Part shown: in pieces, positions 27,168 through 37,296 of the stretch
Layout of the letters: each line of letters starts with the position of its first letter
How positions within the stretch are numbered: the stretch's first letter is position 1
Virus record (IMG/VR): IMGVR_UViG_3300025138_000025
Coordinates: 24,166-88,165 of that record
Strand: one strand, 5' to 3'
Origin: a virus
DNA: 64,000 nt
Program-made: the position numbers and the translations under genes
The notes under the pieces: model-generated
What the model was told of the DNA's origin: nothing
The model's database searches: none
The model's input: only the letters and a program-made list of their open reading frames with translations

Positions 27168-27996
27168 CTACAAAAATTGTGCTACTAACCGCTCCACAAA
27201 TGACTTGTGGACTGAGTATGACTATACTTTTTGTGAAGAACAAGAGTGGGATATAGAGTTCTGCTCAGATACATTAGGAAGAACGCCAGTATCAATTAGA
27301 AAGGCTAAACAGAAGTATAATCTAACTTTCCATAAACCTTCCCTATGGGAGAAAGGTGGTAAGAGATGGCATCCTTTAGCTAAAGAAATATTATTTGAGT
27401 ATAAGAGAAAACATATAGAAGATAAAACTCCTATACTACAAGATGAATGGTTCGAGATACAAAAGAGATTAGAAGAAGTAGAAGGTTTCTACAGAAACTA
27501 TAAGCAATGCGATATGCAGACTGAAGCTAAACGAATGGTTAACCATCGTCAGACTGACTATGAGAGAGCTACTATTCATATAGATTGGATAGTAACAAAA
27601 GAACCTACAGATGCCAAAGACACTATAGAAGTAGAGTGTCCTGTAGGTCATAAGTTCACACATCATTTTTATGCGTGGACAGACAAAGACATAGGCTGTC
27701 CAGCCTGTGCAAGAAAGGAAAATACAACATTGTACTTTCTAGATTTTGGCGAATTTGTAAAGATAGGAATAACAGTTAAGACCCCTGAGAAAAGATTTCA
27801 AGGCATACCTTTCGAGACAATACAAACAATGAATAATATAAGTTGGGGACACGCCCACTATATAGAACAACAAATTATTAAAAACAACAAAGAGTTTGCA
27901 ACAGAACCTGAATTACTAGTAGGCAATGGCTCAACAGAGTGTTTCACTACTGATGCAAAACAATCAATTTTAGAGGAATTAAAACAATGGCAATAG
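27157..27996 (+). CDS. putative homing endonuclease (HTH + Zn ribbon + GIY-YIG/T5orf172-like)
   Basis: CPVGH..GCPAC, LY..VKIGIT..RF..E..GSTECF; inserted between primase and polymerase. Confidence 0.65.
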   Translation: MANNYKNCATNRSTNDLWTEYDYTFCEEQEWDIEFCSDTLGRTPVSIRKAKQKYNLTFHKPSLWEKGGKRWHPLAKEILFEYKRKHIEDKTPILQDEWFEIQKRLEEVEGFYRNYKQCDMQTEAKRMVNHRQTDYERATIHIDWIVTKEPTDAKDTIEVECPVGHKFTHHFYAWTDKDIGCPACARKENTTLYFLDFGEFVKIGITVKTPEKRFQGIPFETIQTMNNISWGHAHYIEQQIIKNNKEFATEPELLVGNGSTECFTTDAKQSILEELKQWQ

Positions 27997-30248
27997 CAAT
28001 AATAGAAACAAAGATGTCTTCTACCAACTGGGATAGATACTTTGATTTTGAGGTAGACCGATATGCTCTATGCTCAAATTCTAGTGTCAAAAAAGTCTTG
28101 AAAAAAGATGTAGATATAGAAATAGATATCGATGCGTATGATTGGCTCATTCTTGTAGGTTCAGAAGCCTTCAAAATGTATACAAAAAAGACATCGGTAA
28201 CAGAGTTCAATGGAAAAGTTTGCGATTCTAAGTTTTTAGGTTTAATTAATCCCGCAATGATTAAGTTCAAACCAGAAGCAAAGACAGAATTCGAGCGTGC
28301 AGTCGATAGTATATCGAAATACGTAAGCGGAGAACTTAAACAAGAGAGACTCGGTGAAGATAAGTGTTATGGAATCACAGAAACAAGTGACCTAATAGTT
28401 TATCTTAATAAAGCACTAGCAGATAAGAAAGATTATGTCGCACTAGATAGTGAGACTTCTGCTTTATATTGTAGAGATGGCTATATGCTAGGATTCTCTA
28501 TGTCTTATGAAGCTGACCATGGAGTTTATGTTGACTGCGAGGCAATTGACGAAGAAGCTGAAGCTCTTATGCAAAAGATATTTGATACTAAAAGAATAGT
28601 ATTTCATAATAGTAAGTTCGATTTACAATGGTTTGAGTATCATTTCAACTTTAAATTTCCAAAATTTGAAGACACAATGTTAATGCACTATATGTTTGAC
28701 GAACAACCAGGAAAGCATGGACTTAAACAGTTAGCAATCAAACACACACCATATGGAGATTACGAACAAGAGTTAGACCAGTGGAGAGAAAGTTATTGTA
28801 AGACTCATGGAATACTCAAAGGAGATTTCAGTTATGACTTGATACCATTTGAAGTAATGAAAACATACGCAGCGATGGATGCAGTAGTTACTTTATTATT
28901 GTTTGAGAAGTTTGAAGCTCCTCTTAGAAGTAATGACAAACTGTATTGGGTGTATAAGAATCTACTCATCGAAGGAGTAAGGTTCCTTAAAGATGCAGAG
29001 TCTAACGGTGTACCTTTCGATAGAACTAGACTAGAGTTTGGACAAAAGAGAATGAATGAAGATATCGAGAAGGCAGTTGCAGAACTATACAAGTTTCCAG
29101 AAATAAAAGCTTACGAGAAAGCTAAAGGCTCAGACTTCAATCCTAACTCTACATTACAGCTTAGAGAGTTACTATTTGACTATTTAAATCTGACCCCAAC
29201 GGGGAAGAAAACAGGCACAGGAGCTCACAGCACAGACGCGGAAGTTCTCGGACAACTCGCAGAGGAACATGAAGTACCTAAACATATTCTTGAAATAAGA
29301 CAGAAAGTTAAGATTAAATCTACCTATCTTGATAAAATTATACCTAACCTTGATAGAGATTCAAGGCTTCGTACAAACTTTAACCTACACGGAACTACGA
29401 GCGGAAGGCTATCATCTAGTGGTAAACTAAATATGCAACAACTTCCAAGAGACAATCCGACTGTAAAAGGTTGTATCAAAGCTAAAGCAGGATATAAGAT
29501 AGTTGCAATGGATTTAACAACAGCAGAAGTATATTGTGCTGCGATACTTGCAAAGGATAGAGGACTACAGAATGTATTTAAGTCAGGTGGTAATTTCCAC
29601 AGTACGATTGCTAAACAAGTATTCAGACTACCAGGAGAGGTAGAAGAAGTTGCAGAGTTCTATCCTGCCAAAAGACAACAGGCAAAAGCCGTTACCTTTG
29701 GTATTATGTATGGAGCAGGCCCGAAAAAGATTAGTGAACAGGTCACGAAGGATAGTGGAGAATACTTTTCACCACTTCAAGCGAAAGAAGTTATTGATGA
29801 TTACTTCGAGGCATTTCCTAAACTCAAAGAGTGGTTAGACAATACTAAAGATTTTATTCAAGCCAATGGCTATGTCTACTCTCATTTTGGAAGAAAGAGA
29901 AGATTACCGAATGTCTTTAGTAAAGATAAAGGTATTGCGTCACACGAAGTTCGTAGTGGTGTAAATGCTCTCGTTCAATCTGTGTCTAGTGATATTAATT
30001 TACTAGGTGCTATTGATATGCAAAAGCATATTGTTGAGACAGGCATGGACGCCAAGATATTTGCACTTGTTCACGATTCAGTTCTAGCAGAAGTACGAGA
30101 AGATTTAGTAGAAGATTATAGTATCAAATTGAGACTATGTATTCAGAAAGATAGAGGCTTAATGATTCAAGGCTCACCAGTTGGATGTGACTTTGATGTC
30201 GCTGATGATTACAGTTTAGGTAAGTTCGGGAAGTTATATGGTATTTAG
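27987..30248 (+). CDS. family A DNA polymerase with 3'-5' exonuclease
   Basis: DSET, HN.KFD, YA..D; TTSGRLSS, DLTTAE, RQQAKAVTFGIMYG, VHDS. Confidence 0.97.
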   Translation: MAIAIIETKMSSTNWDRYFDFEVDRYALCSNSSVKKVLKKDVDIEIDIDAYDWLILVGSEAFKMYTKKTSVTEFNGKVCDSKFLGLINPAMIKFKPEAKTEFERAVDSISKYVSGELKQERLGEDKCYGITETSDLIVYLNKALADKKDYVALDSETSALYCRDGYMLGFSMSYEADHGVYVDCEAIDEEAEALMQKIFDTKRIVFHNSKFDLQWFEYHFNFKFPKFEDTMLMHYMFDEQPGKHGLKQLAIKHTPYGDYEQELDQWRESYCKTHGILKGDFSYDLIPFEVMKTYAAMDAVVTLLLFEKFEAPLRSNDKLYWVYKNLLIEGVRFLKDAESNGVPFDRTRLEFGQKRMNEDIEKAVAELYKFPEIKAYEKAKGSDFNPNSTLQLRELLFDYLNLTPTGKKTGTGAHSTDAEVLGQLAEEHEVPKHILEIRQKVKIKSTYLDKIIPNLDRDSRLRTNFNLHGTTSGRLSSSGKLNMQQLPRDNPTVKGCIKAKAGYKIVAMDLTTAEVYCAAILAKDRGLQNVFKSGGNFHSTIAKQVFRLPGEVEEVAEFYPAKRQQAKAVTFGIMYGAGPKKISEQVTKDSGEYFSPLQAKEVIDDYFEAFPKLKEWLDNTKDFIQANGYVYSHFGRKRRLPNVFSKDKGIASHEVRSGVNALVQSVSSDINLLGAIDMQKHIVETGMDAKIFALVHDSVLAEVREDLVEDYSIKLRLCIQKDRGLMIQGSPVGCDFDVADDYSLGKFGKLYGI

Positions 30249-30888
30249 AGAGTTAAACTTATGTTTTATTCATATCCCAAAGTGCGGAGGTTCAAGCATA
30301 ACTATGCAGTACCACAGAAAGCATGAAGGAGGTATTCATAATACTGTAGGTAAGACTTGGAGACCAGGACTAGAAGTAGAAATGTACAGACCTATTGGAA
30401 GAGAAGGACAGATACAAAAGTTACACAATATGCATGCTGATGCAGACCAATACTATCCTGTGTTCAGAGAATATGATATGATTACACAGGTAAGATATCC
30501 ACTAGATAGATTCGCTAGTGCATGGAAGCATCTAGCAAGTGTAGACTTAGTAGATACTCCTTTTGATAAGTGGGTACCTCGTGCAATTGAAAATTTATAT
30601 GAAGGTCATTGGGCAAGGTCATTAGACTATCCAGAACAATACATTCAACACTTAAGTGTTATCAATCCAGGATTTGATGCAAGTATATTATTTAAACATC
30701 AGTATACTTTCCTTAGACCTGAAGTTGAAGTACACAAATTAGAGGCAGGAACAATTTGGGAAAGATTAAATTTAAAACCCCTGCTACACAATAACAGTCT
30801 ACCAAAATATGAGGCAAAGTGGACTAGGCATAATGAAATGCTAGTAGGAGATTACTATGAAAGAGACTTTATTGAATTCGGATATTGA
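30238..30888 (+). CDS. sulfotransferase family 2 protein
   Basis: HIPKCGGSSI and RYPLDRFASAW PAPS-binding motifs. Confidence 0.85.
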   Translation: MVFRELNLCFIHIPKCGGSSITMQYHRKHEGGIHNTVGKTWRPGLEVEMYRPIGREGQIQKLHNMHADADQYYPVFREYDMITQVRYPLDRFASAWKHLASVDLVDTPFDKWVPRAIENLYEGHWARSLDYPEQYIQHLSVINPGFDASILFKHQYTFLRPEVEVHKLEAGTIWERLNLKPLLHNNSLPKYEAKWTRHNEMLVGDYYERDFIEFGY

Positions 30889-31555
30889 TAGTATAGTAGC
30901 CTGTGGTGGTGGTATTGAGACAGCAGCCGCTGTTGCCTGGGCAGTAGATAAAGGATATAAACCTTTTCTATTTACTGAAGTTGTAGATAGAGATAATCCT
31001 GCTATAAAAGGAATGACAAGAGCCTGTGAAGATATAGCAGAGTATTTTAATTTACCATTCAAGGCAGCTTATAATGATATGCCTATGGAAAATGCAAGTA
31101 TACCACCTACTGACTTCTCATTTGCACAAGCAATAAAACTAATTCTAGGCAATCCTAATATTAGATTTAAGTATATTATCAATGGTGGAAATGCAGAAGA
31201 TAGTATGCAACAAAGAGTACAGATACGATACCTACAGAGAATAATTACTAGTAGGTGGGGCAATCAATATGACATGCACGGAATGAAATGGAAGGCATTT
31301 TTAAATGTGCCTATAATGTTATTTCCATTTGAGTACTTACAAAAGTCAGAGATTATAGGAATAATGATGAACAAACATCCAGAACTTGTAAAGAAAGTCT
31401 GGACTTGTGTATCTCCTATTAAAAAAGAAAACAATTACAAACAATGCGGACAATGTGGCAAGTGTACTGAATGGAGTTCAGCACTTAGAGTAGCAAAGCA
31501 AGCTAAATTAAAGATACAAGAGGGACTAGATTATGAGTATAATATGCGTCAGTAA
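30857..31555 (+). CDS. QueC-like PP-loop ATPase (copy 2)
   Basis: CGGGIET, KSEII, WTC..QCGQCGKC; paralog of 17680. Confidence 0.78.
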   Translation: MKETLLNSDIDSIVACGGGIETAAAVAWAVDKGYKPFLFTEVVDRDNPAIKGMTRACEDIAEYFNLPFKAAYNDMPMENASIPPTDFSFAQAIKLILGNPNIRFKYIINGGNAEDSMQQRVQIRYLQRIITSRWGNQYDMHGMKWKAFLNVPIMLFPFEYLQKSEIIGIMMNKHPELVKKVWTCVSPIKKENNYKQCGQCGKCTEWSSALRVAKQAKLKIQEGLDYEYNMRQ

Positions 31556-32060
31556 AGAGTGGCACGAGTTAACAATAGAAGAATTATACAGAATTATACA
31601 GTTACGAATTGATGGATTCATAGTACAAAATAAAACCTGTTATCAAGACTTAGAAGCACACTATGACCAGAATGGTTGGTACACTATGTACTATGATACA
31701 AGTTTAGGTATGCATCCTCAGTCTATGGTAGGGCAGACACAGTTTTGTACTAATAAAAGTTTTACAGGTAGTGATGGTACAGTATACACCTATCCTGCAT
31801 GGCGCAGACAGACTTGGTTGCCAGGTTATAGAGATTGGAGAGTAGAGCAACCACAAACTGTTGCAGCTGCAATGAAGTATACAGGAAAGCCTTACATGAT
31901 GGCAGAAGTTATGAGCGAAGGATATATACAGCACATGATAGATAAGTGTGGGTATAGATGTGTTACAGATGAGCCTTACTTAGATGATGCAGGTAGACCT
32001 AACTGGGTATGTGTAAATGATACTATAGACTTCCAAGAAAGGTATGGTGTAAAGATATGA
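31533..32060 (+). CDS. ElaA-like GNAT acyltransferase (copy 2)
   Basis: LTIEELYRIIQLRIDGFIVQNKTCYQDLE; paralog of 16480. Confidence 0.7.
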   Translation: MSIICVSKEWHELTIEELYRIIQLRIDGFIVQNKTCYQDLEAHYDQNGWYTMYYDTSLGMHPQSMVGQTQFCTNKSFTGSDGTVYTYPAWRRQTWLPGYRDWRVEQPQTVAAAMKYTGKPYMMAEVMSEGYIQHMIDKCGYRCVTDEPYLDDAGRPNWVCVNDTIDFQERYGVKI

Positions 32061-32527
32061 GAGCCCCAGTGTTCCCTTTCGAGTTTGATGTAGATAGAGA
32101 GTGGCTATTAGAAAAAGCATTACAAGAGCCTAGAAGACAGTTCTATCACCATGGAAAGAAAGAAGAAAGAATAGAAGGCTACAAGTATGCTATAATAGAC
32201 TATCCTGAACTACAAGAACTAGTAGGCAGATTCGCATTGGCTATAAAAGGCAGATGGAATATGAAGTTTGTGTACATTGCCCCTAACACTACTATAGGTT
32301 GGCATAAAGATTGGGGAACAAAGTGTGCGTTTAATTGGGTTATAAATGGTAATAACGCAGCAATAAAATATAGAGATAGACCATACGCTTATAGCTCAGC
32401 TATAATAAACACACAAGAAGAACATATGGTCAAGAATAATGACCGAGAACGAATACTATTTAAGATAGCTTTATTCGATAAGAGTTACGAGGAAACATGC
32501 AAACAATTCAGTTCCCAATTTTTGTAA
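32057..32527 (+). CDS. 2OG-Fe(II)/cupin-fold oxygenase-like protein
   Basis: IGWHKD..CAFN..NT...H.V.N..R..FKI. Confidence 0.65.
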   Translation: MRAPVFPFEFDVDREWLLEKALQEPRRQFYHHGKKEERIEGYKYAIIDYPELQELVGRFALAIKGRWNMKFVYIAPNTTIGWHKDWGTKCAFNWVINGNNAAIKYRDRPYAYSSAIINTQEEHMVKNNDRERILFKIALFDKSYEETCKQFSSQFL

Positions 32528-32970
32528 TACATAGTGATAATGTAGAAGAACTGGATGGCATACTATGGTTAGATGACCAAGTACTAGACGATAAAAACAT
32601 GGAAGGCGATAGTCTAGGTATGAGAAGAATACAGTCGCCAATGAAAAGTATATATCCTTTGAGATATATGATAGAAGATGAGATTAGTTATTTAAAGCAC
32701 AGAGGGAATACCTTTATAGATAGTACAGGAAAAATTATTATAAAGGAAAAGAATAGAAATGCTAGACTAATATATCATAAGATTGTAAAAACAGATTTAA
32801 AAGACGTAGCCGCTGTAGTATGGCTAGAGGGAGTTCCTTTTCCTTTCATAGAAAAGAGACCACCCCCAGCAGAATATACATGGGCAGGAGTGCTACATTT
32901 ATCAGGTTTCCCATGGAAAGTTTGGGAATACTGTGAAGAAAAGAAAAAAGATACATGGAGAAAAGTATGA
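32497..32970 (+). CDS. T5-conserved hypothetical protein
   Basis: FPIF..VLDDKN..G..LG.RR..FIDS.G..TWRKV; lies between pol and D10 as in T5. Confidence 0.7.
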   Translation: MQTIQFPIFVIHSDNVEELDGILWLDDQVLDDKNMEGDSLGMRRIQSPMKSIYPLRYMIEDEISYLKHRGNTFIDSTGKIIIKEKNRNARLIYHKIVKTDLKDVAAVVWLEGVPFPFIEKRPPPAEYTWAGVLHLSGFPWKVWEYCEEKKKDTWRKV

Positions 32971-33067
32971 TTAGTTTAATATTATGGACTTGCTTGGTAA
33001 CAGCATGGCTATGCTATGGTGGACAAGTAATATATAACTATATAAAGCATAACAGTGAGCTAATGTA

Positions 33068-33484
33068 ATGAGCAATTGGCATGGTGGAAAAGGTTCAAAG
33101 AGACGCAAGTCCAATGAACAAGCTTATCGAGATAATTACGATAAGATTTTTAATAAAGGAGTAGAGATGGGAAACGAAGACGCGCAACAGTTAATGATTG
33201 CATTAGAGACATGTATATGTTATGTCGCGTATACAAGCTTAAATAGTGGTGGGCAAAAGGAAAGAGAAATGACATGTTGCCCTAGGTTTATACCTAGTGG
33301 TAATGGATTATCTTTTAATCAGAAAGCTTCACAAATGGATAAGTGTTTAGCCTATGATATAGAGTTTCAGAGATGGGATGATATAGACTTAGAAACTATA
33401 ACAGACTGGCATGTAATACAAGAAGATGACTTTGAAGAGCAGTGCAATGAACTATATGGCGACAATATGCCAGACGTAGAATGA
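33068..33484 (+). CDS. WYL_2-like protein with N-terminal basic peptide (second start 33167)
   Basis: Y.SL.SG..REMT..YDIEFQRWDDI; AAGGAG SD before ATG 33167. Confidence 0.6.
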   Translation: MSNWHGGKGSKRRKSNEQAYRDNYDKIFNKGVEMGNEDAQQLMIALETCICYVAYTSLNSGGQKEREMTCCPRFIPSGNGLSFNQKASQMDKCLAYDIEFQRWDDIDLETITDWHVIQEDDFEEQCNELYGDNMPDVE

Positions 33485-33927
33485 GAGAGTTAGGAATGGT
33501 GGTAATGGGATGCGTATTTTTCGTAGTCTTTTTCAATGCTGTCATATATCCTGAGATAGAGTACAAAGGTTTCTCTAATAGTAGTTCTTGTACAGGTAAA
33601 TGCTATGAAGAATATGTAGCACTTAACGGCACATCAGTAGAGATTGAACAAAAGAAAAAGGCTTTAGCAGCAACAGACCCATTTAGTGATATTAGAAGTC
33701 TATGGTCGGGCTGTGTAGCTTGTCATGGAGCTAATGGTGAAGGTGGAGTCGGGCCTATGTTGGCTGGACAAACAGCAGACTATATTAGTGGTAGACTTAT
33801 ATCATATAAGAATGGAGAACAAGTAGGGCCAATGAGTGCACTTATGTGGGGACAAGCAGCCAAGCTATCTCAGAAAGAAATAGATACAATAGGTGAATTT
33901 ATTGTAGCAGGGCTTCCAAGTGAGTAA
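33481..33927 (+). CDS. membrane-anchored cytochrome c (c553/c4-like)
   Basis: N-terminal TM, CVACHG..G.G..GP.LAGQ..Y, distal Met. Confidence 0.9.
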   Translation: MRELGMVVMGCVFFVVFFNAVIYPEIEYKGFSNSSSCTGKCYEEYVALNGTSVEIEQKKKALAATDPFSDIRSLWSGCVACHGANGEGGVGPMLAGQTADYISGRLISYKNGEQVGPMSALMWGQAAKLSQKEIDTIGEFIVAGLPSE

Positions 33928-34099
33928 GTGGTGGAGAATCTGGGCAAAGAGCTTAGGAGAGAAAGTAGGTGAAACAGACAAGCAAGCCAATACTATTGCA
34001 GGAATTAGAACAGTATGGTGGTTTACCCACATGCTAACTTGTATTGCAATCATTCTTAATGCTATTGCTAACCATGGTTGGGGTCTGTTAGGTGTATAA
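33920..34099 (+). CDS. small membrane protein (not in ORF track)
   Basis: 59-aa GTG ORF WWRIWAKSLGEK.. with hydrophobic C-terminus. Confidence 0.6.
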   Translation: MSKWWRIWAKSLGEKVGETDKQANTIAGIRTVWWFTHMLTCIAIILNAIANHGWGLLGV

Positions 34100-34598
34100 A
34101 ATAATAAGAAACTATCTTTCAGCAGATGAATGTGACGATTACATAGCAATGACTAGAGTACTTGACCCCAATCCTTCACTAGAAGTTGGATTAAAGACTA
34201 CTAAGAAATCACATCATCATGTAAATAGAACTTATTGGACACTACGAAGTATGACTAAACATTTCAGGCCACTGAAAGCACAAGCAGAAAAATATTGGGA
34301 CTTACCTTCTGGCTCATTAAAGTTTACACATGCCCCTAAAAACTATGCACATATTATGTGTTATGACGCACCAGGGCAAGGATTAGAGTGGCATGCAGAA
34401 CCTAACATTTCTACTGTGTCTGTTTCTATAAATTTATCAAATCCTTGGGAGTACGAAGGAGCAGACTTTGAATTAAGAAAAGCTCCTAGCTTAGAGTTAT
34501 TTAGAGGGGACGCAATATTTTATTCTAGTACTATGGTACATAGAGTTGCTGACCTAGTGAGTGGCAGAAAGTTAAGTTTTGTTATGTGGTTAAAATGA
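34092..34598 (+). CDS. 2OG-Fe(II) oxygenase
   Basis: WHAE..SINLS..YEG..GDAI..HRV..SGRK.S.V.W. Confidence 0.85.
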   Translation: MYKIIRNYLSADECDDYIAMTRVLDPNPSLEVGLKTTKKSHHHVNRTYWTLRSMTKHFRPLKAQAEKYWDLPSGSLKFTHAPKNYAHIMCYDAPGQGLEWHAEPNISTVSVSINLSNPWEYEGADFELRKAPSLELFRGDAIFYSSTMVHRVADLVSGRKLSFVMWLK

Positions 34599-35113
34599 TT
34601 ACATATACTGACTGGGTTACTCCCGAAGAAGTAAAAGAAATAGAGCAAACTGTATTAGTAAAAGAACAATATGTACTTAGTCTACCTACTCCTTGGGAGA
34701 ATGGTTTTAAAGGACTGACTAATAAGTTTGCAGCGTACAATTGGTTAGATGACTTTGAGTTTTTAATACCTAAATTACAAGAAATATTAGAAACTCCTCA
34801 TGTAGTACAGTGCTGGGCTAATGTGTTGAGACAAGGAGAAGGAGTACCAAAACATCATCATGCTGTAGGGAAGAACGCAAACTTTAAATGCGGAAATTTA
34901 TTTATATCAGGAGAACAAAGCGTAGGAACTACATACGATTGGATAGGTAATGTTCCTAATACTCCTGGTGAGTTACATTGGTTTGGCTGTCATTTGCTAC
35001 ATGAAGTGAGTCCAAATACGAGCAAAAAAGAAAGAATTAGTTTGGCATTTGATTGCCATGCAATACAAAAAGATATGAGTGTATTCGATAGAGGAGAATA
35101 TAGAACAGTATGA
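34595..35113 (+). CDS. putative 2OG-Fe(II) oxygenase
   Basis: WANV..HHH..G.L..F...LHEV.PN....RISLAFD. Confidence 0.82.
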   Translation: MITYTDWVTPEEVKEIEQTVLVKEQYVLSLPTPWENGFKGLTNKFAAYNWLDDFEFLIPKLQEILETPHVVQCWANVLRQGEGVPKHHHAVGKNANFKCGNLFISGEQSVGTTYDWIGNVPNTPGELHWFGCHLLHEVSPNTSKKERISLAFDCHAIQKDMSVFDRGEYRTV

Positions 35114-35234
35114 ATATAGATAGACACGACTTAAGAGCAGCCTTAGTCACTGCAATAATATTAATGAGTACATATTTTTGGGCTATCCATGCGGATGCTC
35201 AGGTTTGTGATTACTCAGTACATGGACATTATAT

Positions 35235-36740
35235 ATGTGCGGATTCGTAATAACACAAAATAAAAATATGGTAGTAACCATGTTAGAAAGACAAGGCTTT
35301 CGCGGACCTGACCTAATGCATTTTTGGGCAGATGAGAAAGTATCTATGGGACACGCTCTCCTAGATATTAGTGGAGAAAGACAAAAACAACCATATAAGA
35401 CTAGAAAAGGAGAGATTATTGTATTCAATGGGGAGATGTATGACACGACAAAACCTAATGATACAGCTTTTTTAGCAAATGGTTACGATATGTATGGATT
35501 AAAGTTTTTACAGTATACAAATTGGCATGGCGCAATAGGGATATATAGTCCTAAAACTACGCAACTAACTTTGATTAGAGACCAGTTTGGAGCAAAGCCA
35601 TTGTGGTTTTACAAGAAAGGCAAAGCTTTTGCTGCTTCAACAAGTCTAAGAAGTTTTATAAATAAAGAAAGAGATAAAGAAAATGATAAATCATATATAT
35701 TTAATCCTCTATGGTCTGGTAATGTGACTCCTTATAAACATATAACTAAACTTGCTCCTGGACAGTATGTAACACATAACTTTACTTCAGGAGAGACTCG
35801 TACAGCTAACCTATGGAGGGATTACCAAATAATGTCGATGAAGTTAGATAAAAAAGAATTTAGAGAGAGAACAGTAAACTCTATAAGAAATATTGCTAAA
35901 AATAAACAAAAGACAGGTATATTTCTTAGTGGTGGATTAGATAGTACATTTGCACTATCTTGTATAAAAGATATGGGACTAGATCTAACGGCTTACATTT
36001 GTAAATATGATGACACTAGAGCCCAGTATAGTAATCATAATGGGTTTAGAAACGAAACAGACATGGCTATCCAAACTTGTAAAGAGTGGAATGTTCCTTA
36101 TAAAGTAGTAACATTACGACAAGCCGAAATGGGACATTTAAGTAGGATGTGGATGGCAAAAACACACTTCACTTGGGTTGATAGAAATAGACAAGCACCC
36201 CGATATAAATTATGTGAGGCTGCAAGTAAAGATGGTTGTAAGGTTATAATCACAGGAGATAGCGCAGATGAATTGTATACAGGATATATACATCACTCTA
36301 AAAGATTTGAGCCAGACTGGGATAAGGAAACCGTAAAGAGATGTAGAGAAATGAAATGGTTTCCAGACCAAGTATTTTCTAAAACAGACAGCTTTAACAA
36401 TGGCTTATTCTTTGATTTATTAGCAACTTCTGAGCAAAACATATTAACCACAGACCAAACTTGTGGAATGTTTGGAATGGAATCCAGACCAGTATTTTTA
36501 TCTCAAAATTATGTACAGTATATATTTAGAATTTCAGGAAAAGAAAAGTTTAAACAACATCCTAATTGGGACAAAGGAACTTATAAATATCTACTAAGAG
36601 AAGTAATGGGAGATATGTTACCAAAACATGTAAGAGAAAGAGAGAAAAAAGTAGGTTGGTCTAGTCCTTGGAATAATAATGTTGAGTTAATACAAAAAAG
36701 ATGGAGAAAAGAAGACCTAGAGTTTTTAGACGCATTATGA
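35235..36740 (+). CDS. asparagine-synthase-type glutamine amidotransferase
   Basis: MCG start, RGPD, FNGE, RD.FG.KPL, LSGGLDS, GD.ADE. Confidence 0.92.
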   Translation: MCGFVITQNKNMVVTMLERQGFRGPDLMHFWADEKVSMGHALLDISGERQKQPYKTRKGEIIVFNGEMYDTTKPNDTAFLANGYDMYGLKFLQYTNWHGAIGIYSPKTTQLTLIRDQFGAKPLWFYKKGKAFAASTSLRSFINKERDKENDKSYIFNPLWSGNVTPYKHITKLAPGQYVTHNFTSGETRTANLWRDYQIMSMKLDKKEFRERTVNSIRNIAKNKQKTGIFLSGGLDSTFALSCIKDMGLDLTAYICKYDDTRAQYSNHNGFRNETDMAIQTCKEWNVPYKVVTLRQAEMGHLSRMWMAKTHFTWVDRNRQAPRYKLCEAASKDGCKVIITGDSADELYTGYIHHSKRFEPDWDKETVKRCREMKWFPDQVFSKTDSFNNGLFFDLLATSEQNILTTDQTCGMFGMESRPVFLSQNYVQYIFRISGKEKFKQHPNWDKGTYKYLLREVMGDMLPKHVREREKKVGWSSPWNNNVELIQKRWRKEDLEFLDAL

Positions 36741-36870
36741 TACAATTACAAAAATGGATAGGACACTTAATAAACACATTCTTTGCATGGTCTTTTAAAA
36801 GAACAGCAGATAGACAAAATAGAAACCTCTATGATAAAAGTAAAGTAAAATATACAGATGGCGATAACAC

Positions 36871-37296
36871 ATGATAGGTTTTAAAAAAGATATTGTAGGT
36901 TTTACATGTGGAGCTTTTGATTTATTACATGCAGGGCATATAGTTATGTTAAAGGAAGCTAGGGATAATTGTGATTATTTAATAGTAGGATTACAAACTG
37001 ACCCAAGCATAGACAGGCAAGACAAGAATCAACCTGTGCAGTCTGTATACGAAAGGTATATACAACTTAGAGCAGTTAAGTATATTGATGAAATTATACC
37101 TTACGATACAGAACAGAGTTTACGCGATTTGATAGAAGCTACAAAAATAAATATTAGATTTGTAGGAGAAGATTATAAAAACAAAGGTTTTACAGGGGAC
37201 GATTTGGCAGAAGAGATTTACTATACGAGTAGACAACATTCTTTCTCTAGTACTACGTTAAGAAACAAGATATATGAAAGCAGTTATAAAAAATAG
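36871..37296 (+). CDS. cytidylyltransferase (TagD-like)
   Basis: FDLLHAGH, LIVG, G.DY, SST.LR. Confidence 0.92.
   Translation: MIGFKKDIVGFTCGAFDLLHAGHIVMLKEARDNCDYLIVGLQTDPSIDRQDKNQPVQSVYERYIQLRAVKYIDEIIPYDTEQSLRDLIEATKINIRFVGEDYKNKGFTGDDLAEEIYYTSRQHSFSSTTLRNKIYESSYKK

Noticed and set aside
35235-36740. Lasso-peptide cyclase / RiPP cluster
   Set aside because: Keeps the N-terminal Cys glutaminase domain; no leader peptidase, RRE or clear precursor seen.
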